64,000 nt of DNA from Neoechinorhynchus agilis (Eukaryota; Animalia; Acanthocephala): the NCBI GenBank assembly GCA_051530055.1, contig CM121342.1:6613749-6677748 (forward strand), given 5' to 3'. This document shows positions 49,801-61,524 of this stretch, piece after piece. Every line of letters begins with the position of its first letter. Position 1 is the first letter of the stretch. The position numbers were made by a program, and so were the translations under genes. The notes beneath the pieces are model-generated. The model did not search any database. It had not been told where the DNA came from and worked only from the letters and a program-made list of their open reading frames with translations.

Positions 49801-52800
49801 TTAAATAGTCAACGCAACTTTTGAATTTGGTCGTTGCATCGTTTGCTCACAAAGTTTAACAAACCCGAAATCATTTTTCTCGCATTCCTGGTTTTTCAGA
49901 TCGAAATTCCACAAATATTAAATAGTCAACGCAACTTTTGAATTTGGTCGTTGCATCGTTTGCTCACAAAGTTTAACAAACCCGAAATCATTTTTCTCGC
50001 ATTCCTGGTTTTTCAGATCGAAATTCCACAAATATTAAATAGTCAACGCAACTTTTGAATTTGGTCGTTGCATCGTTTGCTCACAAAGTTTAACAAACCC
50101 GAAATCATTTTTCTCGCATTCCTGGTTTTTCAGATCGAAATTCCACAAATATTAAATAGTCAACGCAACTTTTGAATTTGGTCGTTGCATCGTTTGCTCA
50201 CAAAGTTTAACAAATCCGAAATCATTTTTCTCGCATTCCTGGTTTTTCAGATCGAAATTCCACAAATATTAAATAGTCAACGCAACTTTTGAATTTGGTC
50301 GTTGCATCGTTTGCTCACAAAGTTTAACAAACCCGAAATCATTTTTCTCGCATTCCTGGTTTTTCAGATCGAAATTCCACAAATATTAAATAGTCAACGC
50401 AACTTTTGAATTTGGTCGTTGCATCGTTTGCTCACAAAGTTTAACAAATCCGAAATCATTTTTCTCGCATTCCTGGTTTTTCAGATCGAAATTCCACAAA
50501 TATTAAATAGTCAACGCAACTTTTGAATTTGGTCGTTGCATCGTTTGCTCACAAAGTTTAACAAATCCGAAATCATTTTTCTCGCATTCCTGGTTTTTCA
50601 GATCGAAATTCCACAAATATTAAATAGTCAACGCAACTTTTGAATTTGGTCGTTGCATCGTTTGCTCACAAAGTTTAACAAACCCGAAATCATTTTTCTC
50701 GCATTCCTGGTTTTTCAGATCGAAATTCCACAAATATTAAATAGTCAACGCAACTTTTGAATTTGGTCGTTGCATCGTTTGCTCACAAAGTTTAACAAAC
50801 CCGAAATCATTTTTCTCGCATTCCTGGTTTTTCAGATCGAAATTCCACAAATATTAAATAGTCAACGCAATTTTTGAATTTGGTCGTTGCATCGTTTGCT
50901 CACAAAGTTTAACAAATCCGAAATCATTTTTCTCGCATTCCTGGTTTTTCAGATCGAAATTCCACAAATATTAAATAGTCAACGCAACTTTTGAATTTGG
51001 TCGTTGCATCGTTTGCTCACAAAGTTTAACAAATCCGAAATCATTTTTCTCGCATTCCTGGTTTTTCAGATCGAAATTCCACAAATATTAAATAGTCAAC
51101 GCAACTTTTGAATTTGGTCGTTGCATCGTTTGCTCACAAAGTTTAACAAACCCGAAATCATTTTTCTCGCATTCCTGGTTTTTCAGATCGAAATTCCACA
51201 AATATTAAATAGTCAACGCAACTTTTGAATTTGGTCGTTGCATCGTTTGCTCACAAAGTTTAACAAACCCGAAATCATTTTTCTCGCATTCCTGGTTTTT
51301 CAGATCGAAATTCCACAAATATTAAATAGTCAACGCAACTTTTGAATTTGGTCGTTGCATCGTTTGCTCACAAAGTTTAACAAACCCGAAATCATTTTTC
51401 TCGCATTCCTGGTTTTTCAGATCGAAATTCCACAAATATTAAATAGTCAACGCAACTTTTGAATTTGGTCGTTGCATCGTTTGCTCACAAAGTTTAACAA
51501 ATCCGAAATCATTTTCTCGCATTCCTGGTTTTTCAGATCGAAATTCCACAAATATTAAATAGTCAACGCAACTTTTGAATTTGGTCGTTGCATCGTTTGC
51601 TCACAAAGTTTAACAAACCCGAAATCATTTTTCTCGCATTCCTGGTTTTTCAGATCGAAATTCCACAAATATTAAATAGTCAACGCAACTTTTGAATTTG
51701 GTCGTTGCATCGTTTGCTCACAAAGTTTAACAAACCCGAAATCATTTTTCTCGCATTCCTGGTTTTTCAGATCGAAATTCCACAAATATTAAATAGTCAA
51801 CGCAACTTTTGAATTTTTTGTCATGAATAAAAATTCTCTTTTTTTGACCATTTTCATTTGAATGTGCGAAACGTTAATAGATAGAACGCTAACCCACCGA
51901 TTTCAGTTTTACTGGGTAATTTCGAATTTTCTGGACCAATAAAGTCAAATTTCGTTTCTTGCTTAAATTTTACAAATTCCAAAATTTTCTTATAAGGTAC
52001 GACACAATGAACATTGGTGAATTTCGGAACATTGTTGATTCGTCTTTGATTTGTGCTATGCAACCGCCAAATGGGATAATCAGTTCTTCACTTGAAAGAC
52101 TGACTCGTCATTTGGGTCTAATATCGTGTCCCGAGTTTTCTGAAGAGAGTATGGTCAGGATTTATTCAAATCTATTTAATTTTTGGTCCAATAAATCAGG
52201 TAATTCTCGTTCGAAAACAACCAGTTCGTATAAAACTCCAATAATTCAGAAAAAAATGCAATTATGAAATTCAGCAACCAAATCGTGTCTATGAGTGTGG
52301 CGCTTTACCGTTCCGTAGTGACTACAATTTTGCCGCTGCCATCAAAACCACATTATCGATACAATCTTAGAGATTTATCAAGGATATTTCAAGGATTAAA
52401 TGAGTATAATCCATTGTCTATGCAGGTTAAAACAAGTCGAATCACAAATTCGACTTAACCTCTTTTTCGTTTATAGACATTTGGTGATTTATTTGACGCC
52501 TGGACGTTTGAGGTGAATCGTGTCTTAAAAGATAGACTGATATTCGAAGAAGATACATTGTTATTTGAGAAGATATTTGAGCAATCGGCAGTTCCTGTGG
52601 TCGGTAAAACAACAGCAGAAAAGATTAGAGGTTATGAACCATTGTATTGTAATTTTCTCGAGAAAAAAAAGGATCCTATTAGAATTCTGGACTTTAATAA
52701 GGTATATTTACTCTCCTCCCTATAATAAGTTTGTTTTAATGTTTAAAAAAAAGATCAACGATCGGCTCGAAGGCTTTCAATCTGATTATAACATGGCGAA

Positions 52801-55800
52801 TAATCAGAATTCAAGAGTCGTATTTTTCGAATATGCCATTAAACATATATTAAGAACAACAAGAATCTTGAAGCAAGAAATGTCAAATGCATTGTTAATC
52901 GGTATTCCAGGAAATGGTCGAAAAACGTTAACTACCCTCGCTGCCTATATGTAAGTTTGTCTATATTTCCTGATTATCCAACAAAAAATCGACAGAAATG
53001 GATGCGAGCTCATTCGGATTCGACCGTCCAGGTCTTTTTCAAACCAAGATTGGCGAGATGCATTAAAATCGATTTTATTAAAATGTGGAATACAGAATAT
53101 GCACACTGTATTGTTACTTGACGACTCAGAGGTCTCTTATTTTGTGTTTTTAAATGACCATCAAATTAAATTTAGATGATTGAAGACTACTTTTTCGAAG
53201 ATATTAGCTGTCTATTAACCTCTGGAGATGTTTTAAATCTTTATAACCCAAATGAAATGGAGGATATTTTACAACGATGCAAAAAATTGGTCAAAGATAA
53301 ATCTAAAGAAGCAACAAAAACCAACATATTTGCAGCCTACCTGGAAGCTGTTAAAAGACATCTCCACGTCGTACTTTGCATGAGGTACTTTCAATTTAAT
53401 CTTTTTTTTGCATTCATTCAACAATCACCGCCGTCCACAAAATCGGAGCTTCTCTCTCCTTTCTCGGGCTTCTCATTTTATCCTGCTCGTGTGTCGATTA
53501 TTCTCTTCTTTTAGTCCTGTGAATGAAAAATTTCGCGATCGTCTAAGGCAATATCCTGCTTTGATTAATCTATGTTCGATTGATTACTACGAACCATGGA
53601 CTGAAAGAGATTTAATGTCTTTATCGAAATTTGTTCTCGATGCCGCGATCAATATTTTGGATAGTGCGGAGAATGCGGAGGAAGCAGTAGGTTTCTGTTA
53701 ACATTTCACAGTTCAAATATTAGCTGAAATAGTCTAAAATAATGGCGGAAATTCATAGTAAATGTCAATCTGCGGCGGAATCAATGACACATCGTACTCA
53801 TTATCTGACATCGTCAAAATTTTTGGAATTTATGGATATCTTTATATCGTACGCCCAGGAAAGATCGAATTCTCTTCAGGAACTTGCCGATCGAGCTCAG
53901 TTTGGACTCGATAAGGTTGTATTATTTCCCATTAGTCTCTTTTTTTGTACGATCAATGATTTTAAATAGCTTAAGCTTGCTGAGCAGAGTGCGGTTCAGA
54001 GCGAAAATTTTGTGAAGCAACTATTGCCAAGTTTGGCAAAGTCATCAAAAGAAGTCAATAAAATGATGGAAGGTCTTGAAGATCAACGATTAGGTTTGGA
54101 GAAAGCAAAAGAAGCGTTAAAAGAAGAAGAGGAGCTGATACGGGAAGAGGAAACCGTTGTTGCTCAACAGGCTGCTGTGGCTAAAAGTGAATGGAGGAAG
54201 CTTGAACCCGTTATGGTTTGATGTTCTTCAAAAAAAACACTCAAGTGCCTTATGGATCATTATTTAGATCGAAGCAATGAAAAGTCTTAAAGTTTTATCA
54301 TCTAAGGATATAATCGAACTTTCTAGTCTAAAATCCGCACCCGCTGGTGTTGTTCTGGTCATGAGTGCTGTATGTACGCTATTGAGCGTTAAGATTGATA
54401 AATCGAACGAGGTAAATCACTTCCTTTTTTTCGGTTTAATTCGATCCAATTGTTCCTTCGAGTGGATGTGTATTCTCAATGGCAAATTTGCGAATTTTCA
54501 ACGCCTCAGCCTCATTTTAAGATTACTAAGCGCTGCTTGGTTGTTCAGCCGCATGTTTCACCTATTGATGATTGTTTGATAGACAATCCGACTGAAAGAG
54601 AGAGATTTTATTCAAACACCGAGCTTTCGCCGTCCAACGGCTTCTTCGGGGTGTAATCTGCAATGCGAGTGGAGGTTCACAATGAGTGTCCTTCCGACCG
54701 ATTAAATACACGAACTCACATATTTAAAAGCTTGCGATACAGTGGGATGCTGAGGCCTTGAAAATTCGCAATGAAGAGTCGAGTGGGAGAACAATTCGCC
54801 ATTGAGAATAATCTTTTCAATTGGAAAAAAATCATGTCTATTAGCAAAATAAATCAGTGTAAAATTAATGTGTGCTAAATTAGATGTCTGACGGAATCGT
54901 TAAATGGAGTACATCAAAGGCACTATTAAACAAACCCAATTTTCTAAGAACTCTTGAGCATTTTGACAAAGACAATATAAAAGATTCGACCATAGCAAAA
55001 GTGGAGAAATATATTAAACGAAAAGACTTTGCTCCTGCATATGTTCGAAAGGTAGTATACATTTAAAAAAAATTTAGATGGATTCATTCAGAAACTTAGA
55101 GCTCAAAAGCATGCGAATCGCTTTCGCGATGGGTTCATGCGATCTACAAGTATCATTTTGCGTCAAAGGTCGTATTGCCCATCAAACTGGAAGCCGATGA
55201 AGCTTCGGGTAGGTTGAAGAATTTGAAGGACGAACTAGAAGAGAAAAGAGCGAATTCTAAGCAACTCGAAGACTATTTGAGCGATCTTTCTCAAAGAGTT
55301 GAAGATTTTGTCAATGAGAAAAAGCGTATAGAGGAGAAGCTTGAAGACGGAAACAAAAAGCTAGCAAGAGCTAATAAGGTATTTACATTATTTTTTGCTT
55401 TTAAGAGAAAAAAAAGCAAACATTTTAGCTAATGCGCGGCCTAATGGAAGATAAAAACCGATGGTTAAAATCTATTGACATGGTTAAAGAAAGTCTGAAT
55501 TGTCTAGTTGGTGAAAGTATCTTGTCGGCTGCTCACGTTATTTACTTGACGGCTTTTGATGTAAGTATCGTATTTTTGTTGTTGTTGATGAATCCAACTA
55601 ACAAAGGAGGAAACTCGACTCGAGCTAAAACGTGATTGGCTGCGTGTTGTAGACAATTCTACGTTTGCAATCGGCAAAGAATTCGATTTTAACGAGAGTG
55701 CGGGTGATAAATCGCTCATCAGGCAATGGCATATCGCTTACCTTCCAACTGATCGAACATCGATTGAGAACGCGATTATCTCGTCCATTTCGCCTCACTG

Positions 55801-58800
55801 GCCGTTATTTATTGATCCGCACAATCAGGTACCTCGATGGATATCGAATATGGTAAGACAAAATTTTTTTTATAATTTTATGAAAATACTAAGAAATTTC
55901 TTTAGGAGAGAGATAGACAACTTGTTTCATTTAAGTATTCTGAAGAAGATTACGCTCGAAAAATTGAAATCTGTATGCGACAAGGGAATCATTGTCTCTT
56001 GTTAGATGTTCCAGAGCAAGTGGATTGTATTTTAGACGGCGTATTGGCTAAAAAGGCAAGAATTTTTTCTATTCCATAAAAATATATTTTTTGGAGGCAC
56101 AATTCTGCAAATGTCGTTATGATTGTTCGACAGCTTCCTTCGCTGCAACAGGAAGCTGCTTGAGCGCTCAGTTCCAAGCCGGGAAAAGAAACAAGCGGCT
56201 TCCTTAAAGTTAAAACAAAATTTCAGCTTTTTATTTTAGATTGTGACTCAAGCTGGATTTCCGATGATTAAACTGGGTGATTCACTGGTGCCCTACGGTC
56301 ATGGGTTTAAACTGTATATGATTTCTAAATCCGATTGTCCCAGTTTTTCACCAGAACTCAATGCAAAAAGTACAGTGATCGATTTTACACTATCACGAAG
56401 GTTAATTTTTGTTACACCTGCAAACAAAATATTTCAATAAAATACACATTTTAAGGGCGTTTGAAGAACAATTGACGAATATTGTGATTAGTATCGACCA
56501 ACCTGAGATTGAGAATAGACAGGCAAGACTAAAGCAGTCTAGTTTGGAAGCGATGAATGTACTCGACGCTCTTCATGAAAAGACGTTGGATCGGCTTACC
56601 AATAGTGAAAATCCAATTGATGATGACGAATTGATTGATGCTCTCTACATTTCATCCGAAAAAGCAAGGGAGATCGAGGAAAATATAAAACAGATGAAAA
56701 TCACAACAGAACAGATTGATGGTGTACGGAAGTTTTATAATCCTTTTGTATCTATAGGACAGAGATTATTTTTTGAGATATCTAACCTGTACAAAATCAA
56801 TCATATGTATCGATATTCAAGTCATTGGTTTACTCAAATATTTAAAGAAGCAGTTTCATCGGCTACTGAAAGTTAGCGTCTCTCTCACACACATTGATGT
56901 TTTAGTTTGTTTTTTCAGACACTATGGAAGATCGATTGGTTTCGATGGAAACAAATTTCTTAAGAAATTTCTACCTAAAGTTTTCTCAGGGTCTTTTCGA
57001 GAGAGACAAATTACTGATAAGATTTTTAATTTGTGTCGCGAAATTGTTGAACGAAAATCGAATTTCCTTAAGCGATTATCACTTTTTCTTATACTCTGAA
57101 CAAACGAGAAGGACAAGTTTGAAAGTGCCAAAACCAGGCGATGAATTTAATTGGTTGAGTGATATTCATTGGGCGAATCTTTGTTCGATTGATTGGTTGT
57201 TCGGCACTAACAAATTAATAGATTACAATGAAGACATCAAAAAAATCTTCTACAGTTCCGATCCATACAATGAAAAGGTGAAAGTGTACGAGTCATTGGA
57301 TTCGTTTCAGCGTCTTATTTTGATAAAAGTGTTTCGAATTGACTGTCTTACATCGTCTCTTAATGACTTTATTTGTCAATCGCTAGGAAATGATTACTTT
57401 GAAGTTGATCAAAGTGTATCTCAGATGACTCGTTCATTTGAAGGTTCATCACCACAGCAGCCAATTTTTTTCATTCTATCCCAAGGATGTGATCCAACCG
57501 ATGCACTTATGAAATACATAGATTCTGTCAAATTCCGAAGTAGGTTTCAATATATCTCCCTTGGACAAGGACAAGGTGAAAAAGCTTCCAGTATCATCAC
57601 GCGTGGCATCGATAGAGGAGAATGGATCTATTTACAAAATTGCCATTTATCGCCAAGTTGGATGCCAATTTTAGACGAATATGTGGCTTCGTTGGAAAAA
57701 AGAAGAGTTCATCGAGACTTTAGACTTATTCTCACAAGTCTCCCAGATGATAACATCCCTGAATCAATTTTACGGTCTAGTTTTAAGGTGACCATAAAAC
57801 AAATGAATCCTGCGGTGCAAAATGTTTCTCCATCTCAATGTAAACCATTTTAATGTTTTTTTGTCAAGGTTGTTCCGAAATGAAACTCTGGTTGGCGTAT
57901 AGGAGTTTTGAGTTAATCAAAATATAAATACTTTTGGCGGAAATAATCCTTGTCTTCGTCAACAACAACGAAATGACATTAATTTTAATCATCGATAGAA
58001 AGAGAATCAAATTTTTAGTTGCCTCCGAAAACAATGACTGAGGAAGCGAATTGAACGGGGTTCAATTTTAGTTTGTTATTTTATTTTAAAATCCGATGAA
58101 CGAATCAAAAACACTTTAATAGAAATCACGAGATTGTGTTTATTCGAAATCAATCGAATTTTGCAAATCATTTTTCTATGTCAGAAAACAACGATTTCAA
58201 TTTTTAGACCAATCAGCGAGCAAAAATCCGATGTATCGACAATTTGAGGTTTCAGATAAAATTATCTGCCACTTCGCTTTAGTCTCTATTTTTCAGTTAA
58301 TCATCGATAGAGAGATCAAATTTTTAGTTGCCTCTGAAAACAATGACTGAGGAAGGAATTGAACGGGGTTCAATTTTAGTTTGTTATTTTATTTTAAAAT
58401 CCGATGAACGAATCAAAAACACTTTAATAGAAATCACGAGATTGTGTTTATTCGAAATCAATCGAATTTTGCAAATCATTTTTCTATGTCAGAAAACAAC
58501 GATTTCAATTTTTAGACCAATCAGCGAGCAAAAATCCGAATGTTATCGACAATCGATTGAGTGTTTCCAGATAAAATTATCTGCCACTTCGCTTTAGTCT
58601 CTATTTTTACAGTTAATCATCGATAGAGAGAATCAAATTTTTAGTTGCCTCTGAAAACAATGACTGAGGAAGCGAATTGAACGGGGTTCAATTTTAGTTT
58701 GGTTATTTTGTTTGGTTATTTTATTTTAAAATCAGATGAACGAATCAAAAACACTTTAATAGAAATCACGAGATTGTGTTTATTCGAAATCAATCGAATT

Positions 58801-61324
58801 TTGCAAATCATTTTTCTATGTCAGAAAACAACGATTTCAATTTTTAGACCAATCAGCGAGCAAAAATCCGATTGATATCGACAATTTTTTGAGTGTTTCC
58901 AGATAAAATTATCTGCCACTTCGCTTTAGTCTCTATTTTTGCAGTTAATCATCGACAGAGAAAATCCCTCGGGAATGAGGAGACGAGGTTATTTCCTCGC
59001 GAAATATTTCCCCTACAAATCAAATATATTTTACGGCCAGAGAATTTTGATCAAAAGTACAAAAATAACAACCACTAATAATTTAATCTTATTTAAACTT
59101 CATTTGTTCTTACAAAGTCTTTATCTTAAAAATCAAAATTTAACCATAGGATTCATTTGACAGAGTCACCAGCAGGAGTAAAGGCAAATATTCTTCGATC
59201 ATTCAGAATGCTCAATACAAAATATATAGATGAATGCGGAATTAAGTTAAATGACAAATGTGTTAGCCGGCGTTTAGCATTTTCTTTATGTCTCTTTCAT
59301 TCAGTGATGCTTGAGAGACGGCGCTACGGACCTATCGGTTTTAATATTCCATACGAATTTTCAGACGGAGATTTTATAATTTGTGCACAACAATTAAGCA
59401 ATTTCTTGATGTCTTATAATAACATTTCTAAAATACCAATAAAGGTATCAGGATTTAATTAAAAAAAATTTAAACTTCTAAAATTAAGGCCCTTAAATTC
59501 ACCGCGGCTGAAATAAACTACGGTGGTCGTATTACTGATGAAATGGACCGAAAAGTGGTCAACGAGCTTTTGGCGAAATTTTATAACGAACAAGTTGCTG
59601 AAAGCGATTCGTATAGTTACGATGATCAAGGTGTTTATATCAATCAAAGACGATTTTGCGAATGGAAGGTTAGTAATTTTTTGTTAATATCGTGATGAAA
59701 TCCGAGAAAATTAAATCTTAAAATTTAGATGAATAATATTTCATTTTTGTCTTCGGTGAGCTGTCACCACTCCGAGAATTAAATATTTCGGAACCTGCGT
59801 TTTTTCTTTCATTAAATTGTTTTTTGAGTGTGCTGTTCAAAAATAATTTAGAAGAAGAGATTTAATTCTCGGGGTGGTGACAGCTCACCTAAGACCAAAA
59901 TTAGATTTACCCGAATGTAATTCTCAAAGGAATATTTCATTTGTCGGTTTTACTAAAAAGAGAAAGGAGACGTTTTGTGTGAAATTATTACAAAGCAAAT
60001 ATTTCAATTTTTAGAAAATGTTGGATTTCATGAAACGATTGCCCATGGACGATCCAGTGTCATTGTTGGGACTAGATGAAAACGCAAAGATTATTCGTCA
60101 TGGAAATGAAAGTGAATCGATTTCAGCATCCTTCATTACACTAAGTCATAAGCCCATGATTGTTAAACGCGCTTCTGTGATTGGTGGCGAGAGTATAGCC
60201 AATCAGATGAAGCAAATATTAGCCAGTGTACCGAAAGAGTTTGAAATAAGAAAAATCGCTCAAAAATATCCACCGAATTATCTGCAATCGATGAACACAT
60301 TTCTGGTACAAGATTGCTTAAGGTAAACCCACACATTTTATAAATTGTTTAATTGTTGAAAGATTACATTTTGCTAATTGTGTTATATCTTTAATTATAT
60401 AAAATTTAATTAAATCGTCCCCCGGACGCTGACCGCATTTCCTCGTTGGATTGCGAGGCTTATTCTTTGGATCAGGAAAATCCTCTCGCGTCGCTCCCAT
60501 GTTTGTGCTGCAAGTCGTCGTCCGAGTTCGGAAAAAAAGCTAAAAAAATTGCTTTTACAGGTACAATAAATTATTGACAATGTTAAGGACGACTTGCGAC
60601 CAGCTCATTCGTTGTATGAGCGGCGAAATTATCATGACTTCGGAAATGGAAGATCTTTTATCAGACATACAGCAAAATTGTATTCCAAAAATGTGGAAAG
60701 AAGTATCTTATCCATCGACAAAATCTTTAAATTCTTGGCTCTTAGAACTAAAAGAACGAGTTGAATTTTACACTAATTGGATAAACCAAGGAATTCCCGA
60801 AGTATTTTGGTTTCCCGGAATATTTTTCCCGCAGTCTTTTTTAACTTGTATCCTACAGAATTTCGCACGATTGAACAAGCTTCCAATTGACAGCGTCGGA
60901 TTTAAATTCGAGGTATAGATCATGGCCAAAAAAAATTTGATTTAAAAACCCAAATTAGGTCTTAGAAAACGAACAATCTAGTAGATTGGTCGAAAAACCC
61001 GGTTCCGTTCTTATAAGTGGACTGTATCTACAATGTGCATCGTGGAATCCGATTCGTGGATGTCTCGAGAATTCCAAACCGAGGGAAGAGTACGTCCATA
61101 TGCAACCAATAAGACTCATTCCAACCGATATCAGTAAACAAATCGAAGACGAAAATGAGAGAGTTTACAAATGTCCGGTTTATCGAACATTAACAAGATC
61201 TGGACTTTTATCGACCACTGGACATTCTACAAATTTCGTATTTAGTATTGATTTACCAACCGGTGACTTCAGTCCTTCACATTGGATGCTCAGAGGCACC
61301 GCATTGTTTTGTACTGTTAACTAA
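40896..61324 (+). CDS. DNAH1: Axonemal dynein heavy chain, DNAH1-like inner-arm type, dozens of exons; N-terminal exons not found
   Basis: Stem KPDNINEV..., linker [19 protein letters not shown]1 [36 protein letters not shown] (SDQLD is typical of DNAH1), [19 protein letters not shown]2 [11 protein letters not shown]3 [11 protein letters not shown]4, stalk, AAA6 LGQGQG...WIYLQNCHL, and C-terminus [23 protein letters not shown]...[11 protein letters not shown]. Confidence 0.93.
41883..41942. other. Small hairpin in a dynein intron (17-bp arms)
   Basis: TTTATTGATGGTTGCAA pairs with TTGCAACTATCAATAAA. Confidence 0.7.
43195..44170. repeat. Satellite, 71 bp unit, ~14 copies, inside a dynein intron
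   Basis: GACAAAATGCTCGGTTTAAACTCGAGCTTAGCGATATTTATCC at 43203, 43273, 43344 and onward. Confidence 0.97.
49625..51815. repeat. Satellite, 117 bp unit, ~19 nearly identical copies, inside a dynein AAA3 intron
   Basis: AAA(C/T)CCGAAATCATTTTTCTCGCATTCCTGG at 49744, 49861, 49978 and onward. Confidence 0.97.
54446..54824. mobile_element. ~380-bp TIR element in a dynein intron
   Basis: CCAATTG...CAATTGG ends plus subterminal inverted blocks TATTCTCAATGGC(A/G)AATT and TGCGAATTTTCAA(C/G)GCCTCAGC; a partial copy lies at 6566-6601. Confidence 0.65.
57959..58950 (-). repeat. Inverted copy (~3 units) of the 4700-5973 tandem array, inside a dynein intron
   Basis: CGAGCAAAAATCCGA at 58217, 58525 and 58857; the start TCAACAACAACGAAATGACATTAAT is the reverse complement of 5949-5973. 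Confidence 0.93.
59744..59901. mobile_element. ~158-bp foldback element (MITE-like) in a dynein intron
   Basis: TTTTGTCTTCGGTGAGCTGTCACCACTCCGAGAATTAAAT pairs with ATTTAATTCTCGGGGTGGTGACAGCTCACCTAAGACCAAAA; an inner stem AAATTGTTTTTTGA / TCAAAAATAATTT is also present. Confidence 0.75.
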
Positions 61325-61524
61325 TAAATTAAATTGCAAAAACAAATTTTGATTACTCAGAAAATCGCCATTTGAAAGTGAGTTTTTTAGGTCAACATTA
61401 AAAAATATCCAACAAATAAACGTTATAAAATAAGAAAATATTTCGATAGAGGAAGCATCGTCTCATCATTCACAAATAATAAATCTCTCAACGACTAATC
61501 TTACAGAAATCGTGAATTTCTGAA

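Noticed and set aside
58328-59160. ORFs 58328-58597, 58893-59078 and 58939-59160 as dynein exons or separate genes
   Set aside because: They lie in the inverted satellite or intron and show no dynein similarity.
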